Below, piece after piece: positions 1 to 8,291 of a DNA stretch of 64,000 nt; position 1 is the stretch's first letter, and each line of letters starts with the position of its first letter. A program made the translations under genes and the position numbers. The DNA is from Candidatus Bathyarchaeia archaeon (GTDB lineage Archaea; Thermoproteota; Bathyarchaeia; Bathyarchaeales; DTEX01): contig JAWAZE010000001.1 of NCBI GenBank assembly GCA_038817885.1, positions 8,941-72,940 on the forward strand. Reading direction: 5' to 3'. The notes beneath the pieces were generated by a model. The model saw only the letters and a program-made list of their open reading frames with translations. It was not told the origin of the DNA and did not search any database.

Positions 1-329
1 ATCCATAAGCAATAGGGCTATTTATAAAGCTCCTGAAGTAGCCTGTAGCCTTATAGCGCTCTTCCAAGGAGATCTTAGTAAGCTTGTTGAGCGGCCTGTG
101 GCTTTTGCAGCCATCCAATCCTTTTTATTCAATTTTCAACAGTCTTCACAATGCCAATTGGAGAGGCACTGAACCGTAAAGCATGAGGTTAGCAATATAT
201 TTGATGCAGATTTACTGCTCTTTTTCAATTAAATTAATGTAAATAAATATATACGATATTTATTAACATATATGTTATTTCAACTAAGTATTAATTCTTG
301 TTCACTACATATATATTCAGTGATGAGAT

Positions 330-2048
330 ATGAAAGCGCTTGAGATAAGTCCGTTAGAGGGAAAGAAGTTAAGAGTAATAATGGTTGAGAAGGAGTATAG
401 CGAGCCTTTCTGGATCACTGAGCCGATGTACGATAAATCAAAGAACTCTGTTCCATCAGCCTTCTCACCCTCAATCGCCTTTTGCGAGTTCATTGGAAGA
501 CTTATTAGTGAAGTTAAACCAGACTTCGCAACGGAGGAGCTAGGTAATCGTACATTGAAGGAGTTCACGGAGAATAATGCTTTATACAAGGTCTTTAAGG
601 AGAAGAGTGTTCCATTACTCCCTGTTGACATTGATGAGCGTGCAAAGGAAAGTTTAGTATCTCTGGTGGATGAGAAGAAACGGCTGCGTGACGAGGTGAT
701 CAAGGCCCTTGAGGTGATCTCTAATGAAAAAGGAAAAGAGCGCAGTTTCGAGGAAGAATTCTTAACAGCTTACTTGCAACATTTGCAGCAGGAGATTGAG
801 GAAGCTGAGCATGAAATAAAGTTCTCTATTAGGGAAAGATGGATAGCAATGGGGATCCTTGAAAATGCTAGAAAGATTGATAAGAGGGAGATCATGTGTA
901 TACATCTATCTAGCCCAGAACATGTGAATGGTCTCAAAAAGATTCTCGAGTCTGTTGATGTAGATGTAGAAACGATTAAGCCAGCGAAAAAAATAATTTT
1001 TGCAGAAAAAGTGCCTTCAAGCGACCTCAGGGAATTGTTAAGGTCGATGCAGATTCAGATAAAGCCTATAATTAGAAAGTCGACTGAAGAGGTTCCATAT
1101 ATACTATTCTTCTTAGATGCTGATGAGAAGGCCAGCCCCTTCGATATATGCATGGCTTATGATGCTGGCTTTAACGTTGTTGTTCCCTATGAAAATGTAT
1201 CTGCAAAGGAGACTAAGAAGATAGTTCAAGACGCTATCTTCTCAAGGGATCAAAGGGGGATTAAGCGGACGTGCTTCTTCATTGGAGGAAAAGATATGGA
1301 GAGGGCTGAGGATGTCTTTAAGGTTGTCCAAGACTCGATGTTCCCACCATTTAAGACGAGTATCATAATTGATCCAGCTGGAGCATATACTACCGCGGCC
1401 GCCATGGTTGCTAAGGTTGAAGAGGCGCTAGCTCGTTTAAACCTTGGAAATCTAAAGGATAAGAGGTGCGCGGTCTTCGGGACTGGCGCTGTGGGAAGAA
1501 CTGTTGCAATTCTATTGTCTAGGCTTGGATGCGATGTTGTAATAGTTAGCCCAAATCCGCAGCGTACGGACGGGGAGGAATACGTTGCAAATCTATCTAA
1601 TTTGCTCCGCACTAAATATGGCGTTGAAGTTAAGGGGGTCTTTGCCCCAACAAGAGAGAAGAAAATGGAGATTATTGAGAAGGTAGACGTGATCTTCTGC
1701 GCCGCCGGAGCTGGGATTCAGGTTATTGATAAAGGAATGTTAAGTGCGACGAAATTCATTAAGGTTATAGCAGACGTCAATGCGGTTCCACCTTTAGGCG
1801 TTGAGGGAATAAAGCTCGATGATGATATGAGGGAAATTGTTCCAGGGATCTTTACAATAGGTGCTTTGACAATAGGTCGACTGAAATATAAGTTGGAGCA
1901 GGAGATTTTGAGGGAAGCCCGGACTGCCGAGAAACCAACCATCTTCGAATACAACTATGCTTTCCAGCTAGCAAGAAAGATCTTAAGGGGCGACGTACTA
2001 TCTTCAAAGCTCTCAGTGACTCTAAGCTATCCCTCAAAAAAGAAATAA
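330..2048 (+). CDS. Fusion protein: divergent TraB/PrgY-like N-terminal domain (~aa 1-250) plus an NAD(P)-dependent methylene-tetrahydromethanopterin/folate dehydrogenase (MtdA-like) C-terminal half
   Basis: 572-aa ORF. Residues ~265-560 follow the MtdA layout: 'FFLDADEKASPFDICMAYDAGF', 'FFIGGKDMERAEDVF', 'IIDPAGAYTTAAAMVAKV', then a Rossmann GxGxxG 'AVFGTGAVGRTVAILLSRLGCDVVIV' and 'ADVNAVPPLGVEGI'. The N-terminal part ends in 'RERWIAMGILEN...IMCIHLSSPEHVNGLKKIL', which resembles the TraB 'ERDxYMA...GAGHxxG' motif. Matching is from memory only. Confidence 0.6.
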   Translation: MKALEISPLEGKKLRVIMVEKEYSEPFWITEPMYDKSKNSVPSAFSPSIAFCEFIGRLISEVKPDFATEELGNRTLKEFTENNALYKVFKEKSVPLLPVDIDERAKESLVSLVDEKKRLRDEVIKALEVISNEKGKERSFEEEFLTAYLQHLQQEIEEAEHEIKFSIRERWIAMGILENARKIDKREIMCIHLSSPEHVNGLKKILESVDVDVETIKPAKKIIFAEKVPSSDLRELLRSMQIQIKPIIRKSTEEVPYILFFLDADEKASPFDICMAYDAGFNVVVPYENVSAKETKKIVQDAIFSRDQRGIKRTCFFIGGKDMERAEDVFKVVQDSMFPPFKTSIIIDPAGAYTTAAAMVAKVEEALARLNLGNLKDKRCAVFGTGAVGRTVAILLSRLGCDVVIVSPNPQRTDGEEYVANLSNLLRTKYGVEVKGVFAPTREKKMEIIEKVDVIFCAAGAGIQVIDKGMLSATKFIKVIADVNAVPPLGVEGIKLDDDMREIVPGIFTIGALTIGRLKYKLEQEILREARTAEKPTIFEYNYAFQLARKILRGDVLSSKLSVTLSYPSKKK

Positions 2049-2059
2049 GGGCGATATAT

Positions 2060-3067
2060 TTATCTATAAAGGCGATTAGTCGCCATCTCAGCAATGTTAA
2101 TTGAATAATCTCCTATTCGCAGTATGCTATCACGTAGGGCGCAACATGCGCATATAATATCCGCACTTTTTTCCTCCATAAATGATAAAGTGGTTATTTC
2201 TTCATCCATCTTCCTCAATAGACCTTTATATCTGAAGATCTCGCCTAAGACTTTTAAGTCCCCTTCCGAGAATAATGAAAATGCTTTTTCATAAATAGAT
2301 AGGACTTCATATCCGATAGAACATAGTTTTTCCAGCAGGAGACCAGACATCTTTTTATTCCTCTCTTTAAGCATTATAATGTGCCTTGCTATGCTCGCAG
2401 CCTGGTCAGCAATGCTCTCAATATTGTTTACTAAAATCTGATAATCGAGGCAGTCAATGGCGTCAAGCCCAAGCTCATTTGCTAGGGATGGGTCCATGGA
2501 CGCCCTGCGGATTAACCTTGAAAGGAAGAAGGTAAAGTGATCTACTTCGCTATCAAGCATATACACAGATCTAGCAAGCTCAGCATCATGAGTTTTGAGA
2601 GCTGAAAGTGCGTCGCGACACATGGAACTAGAAACATTATACATCCTTGATACGCTAGCCTTCACCGAACCCTTTGATTCATCTATAAGGGTCATTAAAC
2701 GCATCTCCTTTATATCAGCTTCCATAATTCGCATGTATAGTCTCTGAGCGGTTCTTCGAATGGTCCTCTGCTGTGAGAGTGTAAAATAGTTCTTTGAAAC
2801 GAGTTTAATAATTGAATAGCCGTTAAGATAGCAGGCAGCTATCTTTCTGGATATAAGAAAGACTTCTTCATCAGGTTCAATGTAAAGAGTTATCTCGCTT
2901 ACCTCTCTATCCCTCTTGAGACCAGGGTAAACTATTAGAGAGCGGTCACGGCCAACAGCGATCGAGACAACATCGCCAGCCTTTAGCCCAGTTAGTTGCG
3001 TCCAATATTTCGGAAGAGAAATCACTAATGAGGAGCGACCGAGCGACATTATCTTTCTTTGCTCCAT
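2060..3067 (-). CDS. AbrB/SpoVT-domain plus PhoU-domain regulator (archaeal phosphate-uptake-regulator-like)
   Basis: The N-terminus 'SLGRSSLVISLPKYWTQLTGLKAGDVVSIAV' is a swapped-hairpin AbrB/SpoVT motif. The remaining ~260 aa are helical repeats typical of PhoU. Confidence 0.7.
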   Translation of the reverse strand: MEQRKIMSLGRSSLVISLPKYWTQLTGLKAGDVVSIAVGRDRSLIVYPGLKRDREVSEITLYIEPDEEVFLISRKIAACYLNGYSIIKLVSKNYFTLSQQRTIRRTAQRLYMRIMEADIKEMRLMTLIDESKGSVKASVSRMYNVSSSMCRDALSALKTHDAELARSVYMLDSEVDHFTFFLSRLIRRASMDPSLANELGLDAIDCLDYQILVNNIESIADQAASIARHIIMLKERNKKMSGLLLEKLCSIGYEVLSIYEKAFSLFSEGDLKVLGEIFRYKGLLRKMDEEITTLSFMEEKSADIICACCALRDSILRIGDYSINIAEMATNRLYR

Positions 3068-3172
3068 ATCACATCATAACCAAATAATATTATCTGAAAA
3101 GCATAAAATATATACTTTTCATCTATAAATAAATATTGGTATTACTCTTAATATTGTGAAGAGTGTCACCAC

Positions 3173-4162
3173 TTAATCTATTCTTCCGGAAAATAATTTC
3201 ATATAACCTTTAACTCTCTCTTTTACTCTATTGCGTGCATTTTCACCGAATTTTCGGAAGTCTTTTTCGCTTGGATTAGCTTTCCATGCCTCTATGAAGC
3301 CGTTTATAAACGCTATCGACAGGGCTGTTGAAACATTGACTTTTGTCACCCCACCAAGCTTAATTGCATCTAGCAGCGTCCCTTCCCCCCTTAAGAGCAT
3401 GATCCCTTTCTTTTCAGCATCCTTTGTGGTCATAAGGATCCCTGAAGAGCCGTGCGAAACAAGCGGTATGTGCACTCTCTCTTTTATGGCGGTCAGTCGG
3501 TCAAGTTTTATAGGCAATATGTCATCCCACAAACCATGGATTGAACCAAACGCGACTGCAAGGAAATCGCATCCGGTCCTCTTAACAAAATATTCGGCAT
3601 CATCCGGCTCAGCCATTAGATCCACAAGTAATTTGCCAGCCCTCTCACGTATAATTTTCACGGCCTCGGCTGGCGAAAGAGACATCAAGTAGGCTATTTC
3701 GGATTTCGTGAAGTAATCTTCTATTTTAGGTATCCTTCCAATCTCCGCCTCAACCGGCACGCCCTTTGCATGGCACATCTCAACAACCCGGCGGGTTAAG
3801 CGCATATTCTCATCTAATGGTAGTGAGGAGCCATCAAAGAGCACTGCTGTGAAACCAGCCTCAAGCGCCTTCTTAACCTGCTCTATTTCGGTCGCATGAT
3901 CAAGGTTTAATGCCACTCGAACATCAGTTTCAGATGCCGCAATCTTAACCATCCCGGCGGCGAGGGGCCAGCCAGCATATTTTGCGGCTCCTGGGCTAAC
4001 CTGAATTATCACATCAATTGGCTCGCCTAATTCTTCACTCAACTCCTCTGCAGCCAATATTATTGCTTGGACCATTTCCATATTGTTTGCATTAAATGCG
4101 CCAACTGCTCGCCCTTCTCTGAAAGCTGGCATAAGTATATCCTTTTCATTGACGAGCGGCAT
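3173..4162 (-). CDS. Class II ketose-bisphosphate aldolase (FBA/tagatose-bisphosphate aldolase family)
   Basis: Class II aldolase motifs appear in order: 'GAFNANNMEMVQAI', 'ALNLDHA', 'LFDGSSLP', 'VEAEIGRI', 'AFGSIHG', 'LVSHGSSG', 'KVNVSTAL'. Confidence 0.85.
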   Translation of the reverse strand: MPLVNEKDILMPAFREGRAVGAFNANNMEMVQAIILAAEELSEELGEPIDVIIQVSPGAAKYAGWPLAAGMVKIAASETDVRVALNLDHATEIEQVKKALEAGFTAVLFDGSSLPLDENMRLTRRVVEMCHAKGVPVEAEIGRIPKIEDYFTKSEIAYLMSLSPAEAVKIIRERAGKLLVDLMAEPDDAEYFVKRTGCDFLAVAFGSIHGLWDDILPIKLDRLTAIKERVHIPLVSHGSSGILMTTKDAEKKGIMLLRGEGTLLDAIKLGGVTKVNVSTALSIAFINGFIEAWKANPSEKDFRKFGENARNRVKERVKGYMKLFSGRID

Positions 4163-4233
4163 TTAGGTACCCACATTAACATTTTTCTAAGATAATTGTG
4201 CGATTGGGAGTATTAAGGAACCTTTCCATTATC

Positions 4234-4506
4234 TTAGCCACCATCTATTAGGGGGATTATTGCAACTCTATCCCCGTCAGATAACCTGGCGTTAATTCCA
4301 CCAAGAAACTCTATGTTTTGACCATTAAGTACTATAATCGTCCCCGCCTTTGATACGATTCCCATTATTTTTTCGCCATATTTTTGGGCAGCCATCCATA
4401 GTAAGTCTCTGACAGCTGAGCCCTCAGGAAGATTAAATGTAACTTCTTTCGTCCCAAAAATTCCTCTTAAGTCTTCGTGTAAAAGCACTAGTTTAACCTC
4501 AATCAT
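4234..4506 (-). CDS. MoaD/ThiS-family beta-grasp protein with a C-terminal Gly-Gly
   Basis: 90 aa ending '...DGDRVAIIPLIDGG'. It lies immediately downstream of AOR with a 10-nt gap. Confidence 0.75.
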   Translation of the reverse strand: MIEVKLVLLHEDLRGIFGTKEVTFNLPEGSAVRDLLWMAAQKYGEKIMGIVSKAGTIIVLNGQNIEFLGGINARLSDGDRVAIIPLIDGG

Positions 4507-4516
4507 TTTGTTCCCC

Positions 4517-6376
4517 TTACCAGGCTATATGCTTAACGGCGAAATTTAAGCCCAATTCGAGGACTTTTTCCCTCCTCGGTCTACCCTCGTGGTCTAATCC
4601 CCTTTCTGCATAAAATTCGTTGAGCATAGGTTCCAGCTCAATGATCTGCCCCTTAGCCGCTCCCTCATTTAAGGGCTCCTCAAGGAACCTTTTAGGTAAT
4701 ATATCATCTTTTCGTCTCACGCCCATCCTTACGTTAAAGATTCTCTGAAGAATCCATATTCTCTCCCCAGCCCTTATTAAATCGTCCAATGTCATCTCCC
4801 ATCCGGTTACCGCTGTGTAAAGTCGAGGAAGTTCTCTCAACGGCACCCCACCGAAGAGATAAATGAACTTGCACAGCCCCAGGGCGTCCACTATGCGGCA
4901 TACATCCTGCATAACCTTAACTAAGTGGGCCTTTCCCTCAATTGTGAATCCGTTAACTTGCTTATCAAATCCTATGTCTGGAAGAAGGATTCCTCTGGCT
5001 GGAAGCATGGATAGTCCTCTTAGATGACAGGCCCCCCTCTCAGATACAGCGTACTGCAGTCCCATCTCTTTAAACCTATATGGACTGTGCATCGGGATCT
5101 CAAGTCCCTTAACTTGCATAGCGTACCTATCGGCCCCCCTACCTATCTTCTCGGCAGCCCTCATAGATCCCTCACCCAATATAGCGCCGATACCCTCCCT
5201 CCGACCTATAAGCTCAACCACCTTAATTATCGCGTCCGGGTCACCCCATCTAAGATCGATTCCTCCAGTATCATCTTTAGTTATTATGCCCCTCTCGTAG
5301 CATTCCATTGCAAAAGCTATTGTTGCGCCAGTAGATATTGTATCCAGCCCAAACCTGTTACATAAGTCATTTGCTTTCGCTATAGCCTCTAAATTATCGT
5401 TCATACAGAGAGACCCTAAAGCAGCTATAGTCTCATACTCCGGACCATAACCCTCAAGGGGGGCGTACGGTCCCTCACTTATCTTAATATATCTCCCACA
5501 AGCTATATGACATGCAAAGCAGGCTTTCTTACTTACTAAAATTGTCTCAGCCATCTTCGCACCTGATATTTTCTCAGCTCCTGGAAACCTGCCTTTCATC
5601 CAATTCTTTATTGGTAGATTTCCCATCTCCTCAAACGCCACAACACCCCTAGCGGTTCCGTAATCTGAGAGAGCTTTTAAACGCTCCCTTGTAATATTCA
5701 CTATCTCCTTCTTCAAGTCATTAAGAAGGTCTGGGTTAGCAACTTCTATATTTCTAGAGCCTAAAGTAGCTATAGCCTTCAAGTTCTTTGAGCCCATAAC
5801 AGCGCCTAGGCCGCATCGCCCCGCTGCCCTGCCATTATCGCTTATAATGGAGGATAATTTAACGAGCTTCTCGCCGGCCGGACCAATACATATAACAGCA
5901 GCCTTCTTCTCGTTTAAGTCGTTCTTAATGGCTTTGCAGGTTGTATATGTATCCATGCCCCAGTAACCACTTGCATCTATAATATCAATATTGCCATCAT
6001 GTATCCACAGGTAGACTGGCTTATCCGCTGCCCCATCAATTATAATCATATCGTACCCAGCGCGCTTAAGTTCGATTCCAGTATTAGCTGAGAAAACAGA
6101 CTCGCCCCAAATGTTTGTTAGAGGGGATCTTGATACAACAATGGACTTGCATGCCGTTGGAGCTGCGGAGCCAGTTAGAACTCCCGTTAAGAGGATCAGC
6201 TTATTTTCTGGGCTAAGGGGATCTATACTTGGATCTACTTCTTCAAGCATAATCTTAGAGGCGATACCCAAACAGCCAAGCAAATCCCTCGCCAGGGAGA
6301 AGTCTAAATCTTCTACGCGATATTTTTTGCTAGAAAGATTAACTTTCAGAACTTTACCAGCATATCCACCAACCAT
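4517..6376 (-). CDS. aor: Tungsten-containing aldehyde:ferredoxin oxidoreductase (AOR family)
   Basis: 619 aa. N-terminus 'GYAGKVLKVNLS'. [4Fe-4S] ligand motif 'CFACHIACGR' (CxxCxxxC). 'GLDTISTG' and 'ERGACHLRG' are typical of AOR-family enzymes. Confidence 0.93.
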   Translation of the reverse strand: MVGGYAGKVLKVNLSSKKYRVEDLDFSLARDLLGCLGIASKIMLEEVDPSIDPLSPENKLILLTGVLTGSAAPTACKSIVVSRSPLTNIWGESVFSANTGIELKRAGYDMIIIDGAADKPVYLWIHDGNIDIIDASGYWGMDTYTTCKAIKNDLNEKKAAVICIGPAGEKLVKLSSIISDNGRAAGRCGLGAVMGSKNLKAIATLGSRNIEVANPDLLNDLKKEIVNITRERLKALSDYGTARGVVAFEEMGNLPIKNWMKGRFPGAEKISGAKMAETILVSKKACFACHIACGRYIKISEGPYAPLEGYGPEYETIAALGSLCMNDNLEAIAKANDLCNRFGLDTISTGATIAFAMECYERGIITKDDTGGIDLRWGDPDAIIKVVELIGRREGIGAILGEGSMRAAEKIGRGADRYAMQVKGLEIPMHSPYRFKEMGLQYAVSERGACHLRGLSMLPARGILLPDIGFDKQVNGFTIEGKAHLVKVMQDVCRIVDALGLCKFIYLFGGVPLRELPRLYTAVTGWEMTLDDLIRAGERIWILQRIFNVRMGVRRKDDILPKRFLEEPLNEGAAKGQIIELEPMLNEFYAERGLDHEGRPRREKVLELGLNFAVKHIAW

Positions 6377-6517
6377 CTTCTCTCCTCTGGCAAATTTTTG
6401 TTTAATTTTATTTTATGGAGGGTTTATTTATTAAAATAGTTTTTCGTCATTAGAAAACAACATTTGGGAAAAAGAATAAGTATTAGTCTACTCACCAACG
6501 TGAATTATTTCTATTTG

Positions 6518-7591
6518 CTAGTATCTGCCATACTTTTTGACTAGCTCAATAACCCTCCTGTAATTTTGGAAGCTGACGTTTTTCGGTATAGAGTGATCAG
6601 AGTGATAGATGTATCCTCCATCCTCTTTAGCGATCGTTATCTTCCTCCTTATTTCCTCCTCTATCGGTCTTGGATCATCTAGGCTCATAAGTCTCGTGTC
6701 TATCCCGCCCATAAACGTAATTTTATCCCCATACCTCTCTTTTAGTTCCACTAGATCCATTCCAGCCTTAACCTCCAAAGGCTGTAGGCAGTCAATCCCC
6801 TCTTCAATAAAATATGGGATGAGATCCTTAACCCGCCCGCAGGAATGTAGAAAAACATACATCCCATGACTATGAAAGAACTGGCACAGTTCCTTAAAAA
6901 CTGGGTGGAGCTGCTCCTCAAAGTGTTTTGGTGAAAAGAAGAGACCGTTTCTGTAGCCTAAATCGCAGTAGAGGAATGCCCCATCAAATTTGAAGCCCCT
7001 CCGCATCATTCGCTCACACATATCCATGACGAGCTTGGCATCAGTCCAATATATGTCGATAACCCAATCCGGCTCCTTAATAATCGCCCTTAACAATCTT
7101 TCAGAAGCAACATATCTCTGCGCCCTATCATATCCCACCGTAGCACCATACATTATAAACCTGCCCCGACTATACTCACGGTGGAAAGATCTGAAACCCG
7201 AAACCCAATCAACCCTGTAGTCATCGGCGATGAGTCTAGGTTTAATAAGGGTCTCCCAGTCATCTTTAGTCTTACACGGGTAATCGATGATTAGGGGTGT
7301 TGTGGAATAATCCTTATAATTTTTTCTTACACCGCCATATTGATCTCTTTCAATAATATATTTCTCATCCTCATAGAGAACCTCAACAGGGAGACGTGGA
7401 CTCGTGTCCGCCTCAAAGATAGTGATCTCAAAGCCGAAATACTCATCTGGAGAAACCCCGGAAGGTAGCCCCTCTCTCCTCCAGCGGTCAATTGTTGCTT
7501 GCCAAATGCTATCATGGATCGGGACGCGATCCGCTTCATAGTGCTGTAGGATCCTTTTTATCCTCTCACGGGGCTTTAATTCACCCGACAT
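6518..7591 (-). CDS. Uroporphyrinogen-decarboxylase-fold (URO-D family) methyltransferase, MtaA/CmuA-like
   Basis: 357 aa with the URO-D/MtaA-type C-terminal half: 'VFLHSCGRVKDLIPYFIEEGIDCLQPLEVKAGMD', 'ITFMGGIDT'. It lies 2 nt downstream of a corrinoid protein gene. Confidence 0.75.
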   Translation of the reverse strand: MSGELKPRERIKRILQHYEADRVPIHDSIWQATIDRWRREGLPSGVSPDEYFGFEITIFEADTSPRLPVEVLYEDEKYIIERDQYGGVRKNYKDYSTTPLIIDYPCKTKDDWETLIKPRLIADDYRVDWVSGFRSFHREYSRGRFIMYGATVGYDRAQRYVASERLLRAIIKEPDWVIDIYWTDAKLVMDMCERMMRRGFKFDGAFLYCDLGYRNGLFFSPKHFEEQLHPVFKELCQFFHSHGMYVFLHSCGRVKDLIPYFIEEGIDCLQPLEVKAGMDLVELKERYGDKITFMGGIDTRLMSLDDPRPIEEEIRRKITIAKEDGGYIYHSDHSIPKNVSFQNYRRVIELVKKYGRY

Positions 7592-7593
7592 AT

Positions 7594-8262
7594 TTAATCA
7601 ACCCTAAACGCCCACGATTTACATATGTTTACGCCTTCAACAGCATCCTTTGCGGCGGCATCGGCACCAATCTTTTTTGCAAACTCCTCAGTTATTGGGG
7701 CGCCACCGACGATCACCTTAACCTTATCTCTTAACCCAGCTTCCTTAAGCGCTTTAATAACATTTCCCATCTCATCCATAGTGGTTGTTAGTAGTGCTGA
7801 CATGGCAACCACGTCTGGTTTATGTTCTTTAACAGCATCAACGAACCTTTCAGGAGGTACATCTACCCCTAGGTCTATCACCTCAAAGCCCGTTGCTCTT
7901 AATAGCGTCGCAACAATATTCTTGCCTATATCATGCAAGTCGCCCCTAACAGTTCCAATAACTACTTTACCAATCTTTCCGGTCTCATCGCTTTTTAGGT
8001 GGGGCTCGATGACCTTCATACCTTCCTTAACGATCTCGCCAGCCACAACAAGCTCGGCTAAGTAATATTCTTCCTTCTCATACTTTTCACCGACTATTTC
8101 TAAGCCTTTGGAAAAGCCCTTCATTATAATGTCGTAGGCGGAGATTCCTGCCTTAATGGCATCTATGCATAGTTTTTGAATGCTCTCAATGTCAAGGTTT
8201 ACGATAGCTTTCCTAATCTTATCTAAGATTTCCCCCCAGCTCATGAAATTTTCAATCACCAC
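7594..8262 (-). CDS. Methyltransferase-cognate corrinoid protein (B12-binding, MtaC/MtbC-like)
   Basis: B12-binding signature 'GDLHDIGKNIV' (DxHxxG), 'AMSALLTTT' (SxL) and 'VIVGGAP' (GG), preceded by the helical cap domain. Confidence 0.9.
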   Translation of the reverse strand: MVIENFMSWGEILDKIRKAIVNLDIESIQKLCIDAIKAGISAYDIIMKGFSKGLEIVGEKYEKEEYYLAELVVAGEIVKEGMKVIEPHLKSDETGKIGKVVIGTVRGDLHDIGKNIVATLLRATGFEVIDLGVDVPPERFVDAVKEHKPDVVAMSALLTTTMDEMGNVIKALKEAGLRDKVKVIVGGAPITEEFAKKIGADAAAKDAVEGVNICKSWAFRVD

Positions 8263-8291
8263 TCCTTTAATTCATCGCCTAAAAGTCCCCC

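Noticed and set aside
2-172. Open frame running from the window edge to a TGA at 170-172 (+), '...AIYKAPEVACSLIALFQGDLSKLVERPVAFAAIQSFLFNF...'
   Set aside because: It could be the 3' end of an upstream gene. Only 56 codons are visible and I recognise no motif, so I do not call it.
317-2094. Antisense or alternative-frame ORFs 317..703, 1250..1612, 1718..1954 and 1852..2094
   Set aside because: They lie inside or opposite the 572-aa MtdA-like gene. Their low-complexity Ser/Leu/Pro-rich translations are typical of shadow frames, and they contain no motifs.
3231-8065. Long antisense ORFs 3231..3692, 5024..5365, 6111..6434, 6609..6869, 6990..7220 and 7625..8065
   Set aside because: Each lies opposite a gene with clear family motifs (aldolase, AOR, URO-D methyltransferase, corrinoid protein). 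None has independent support.
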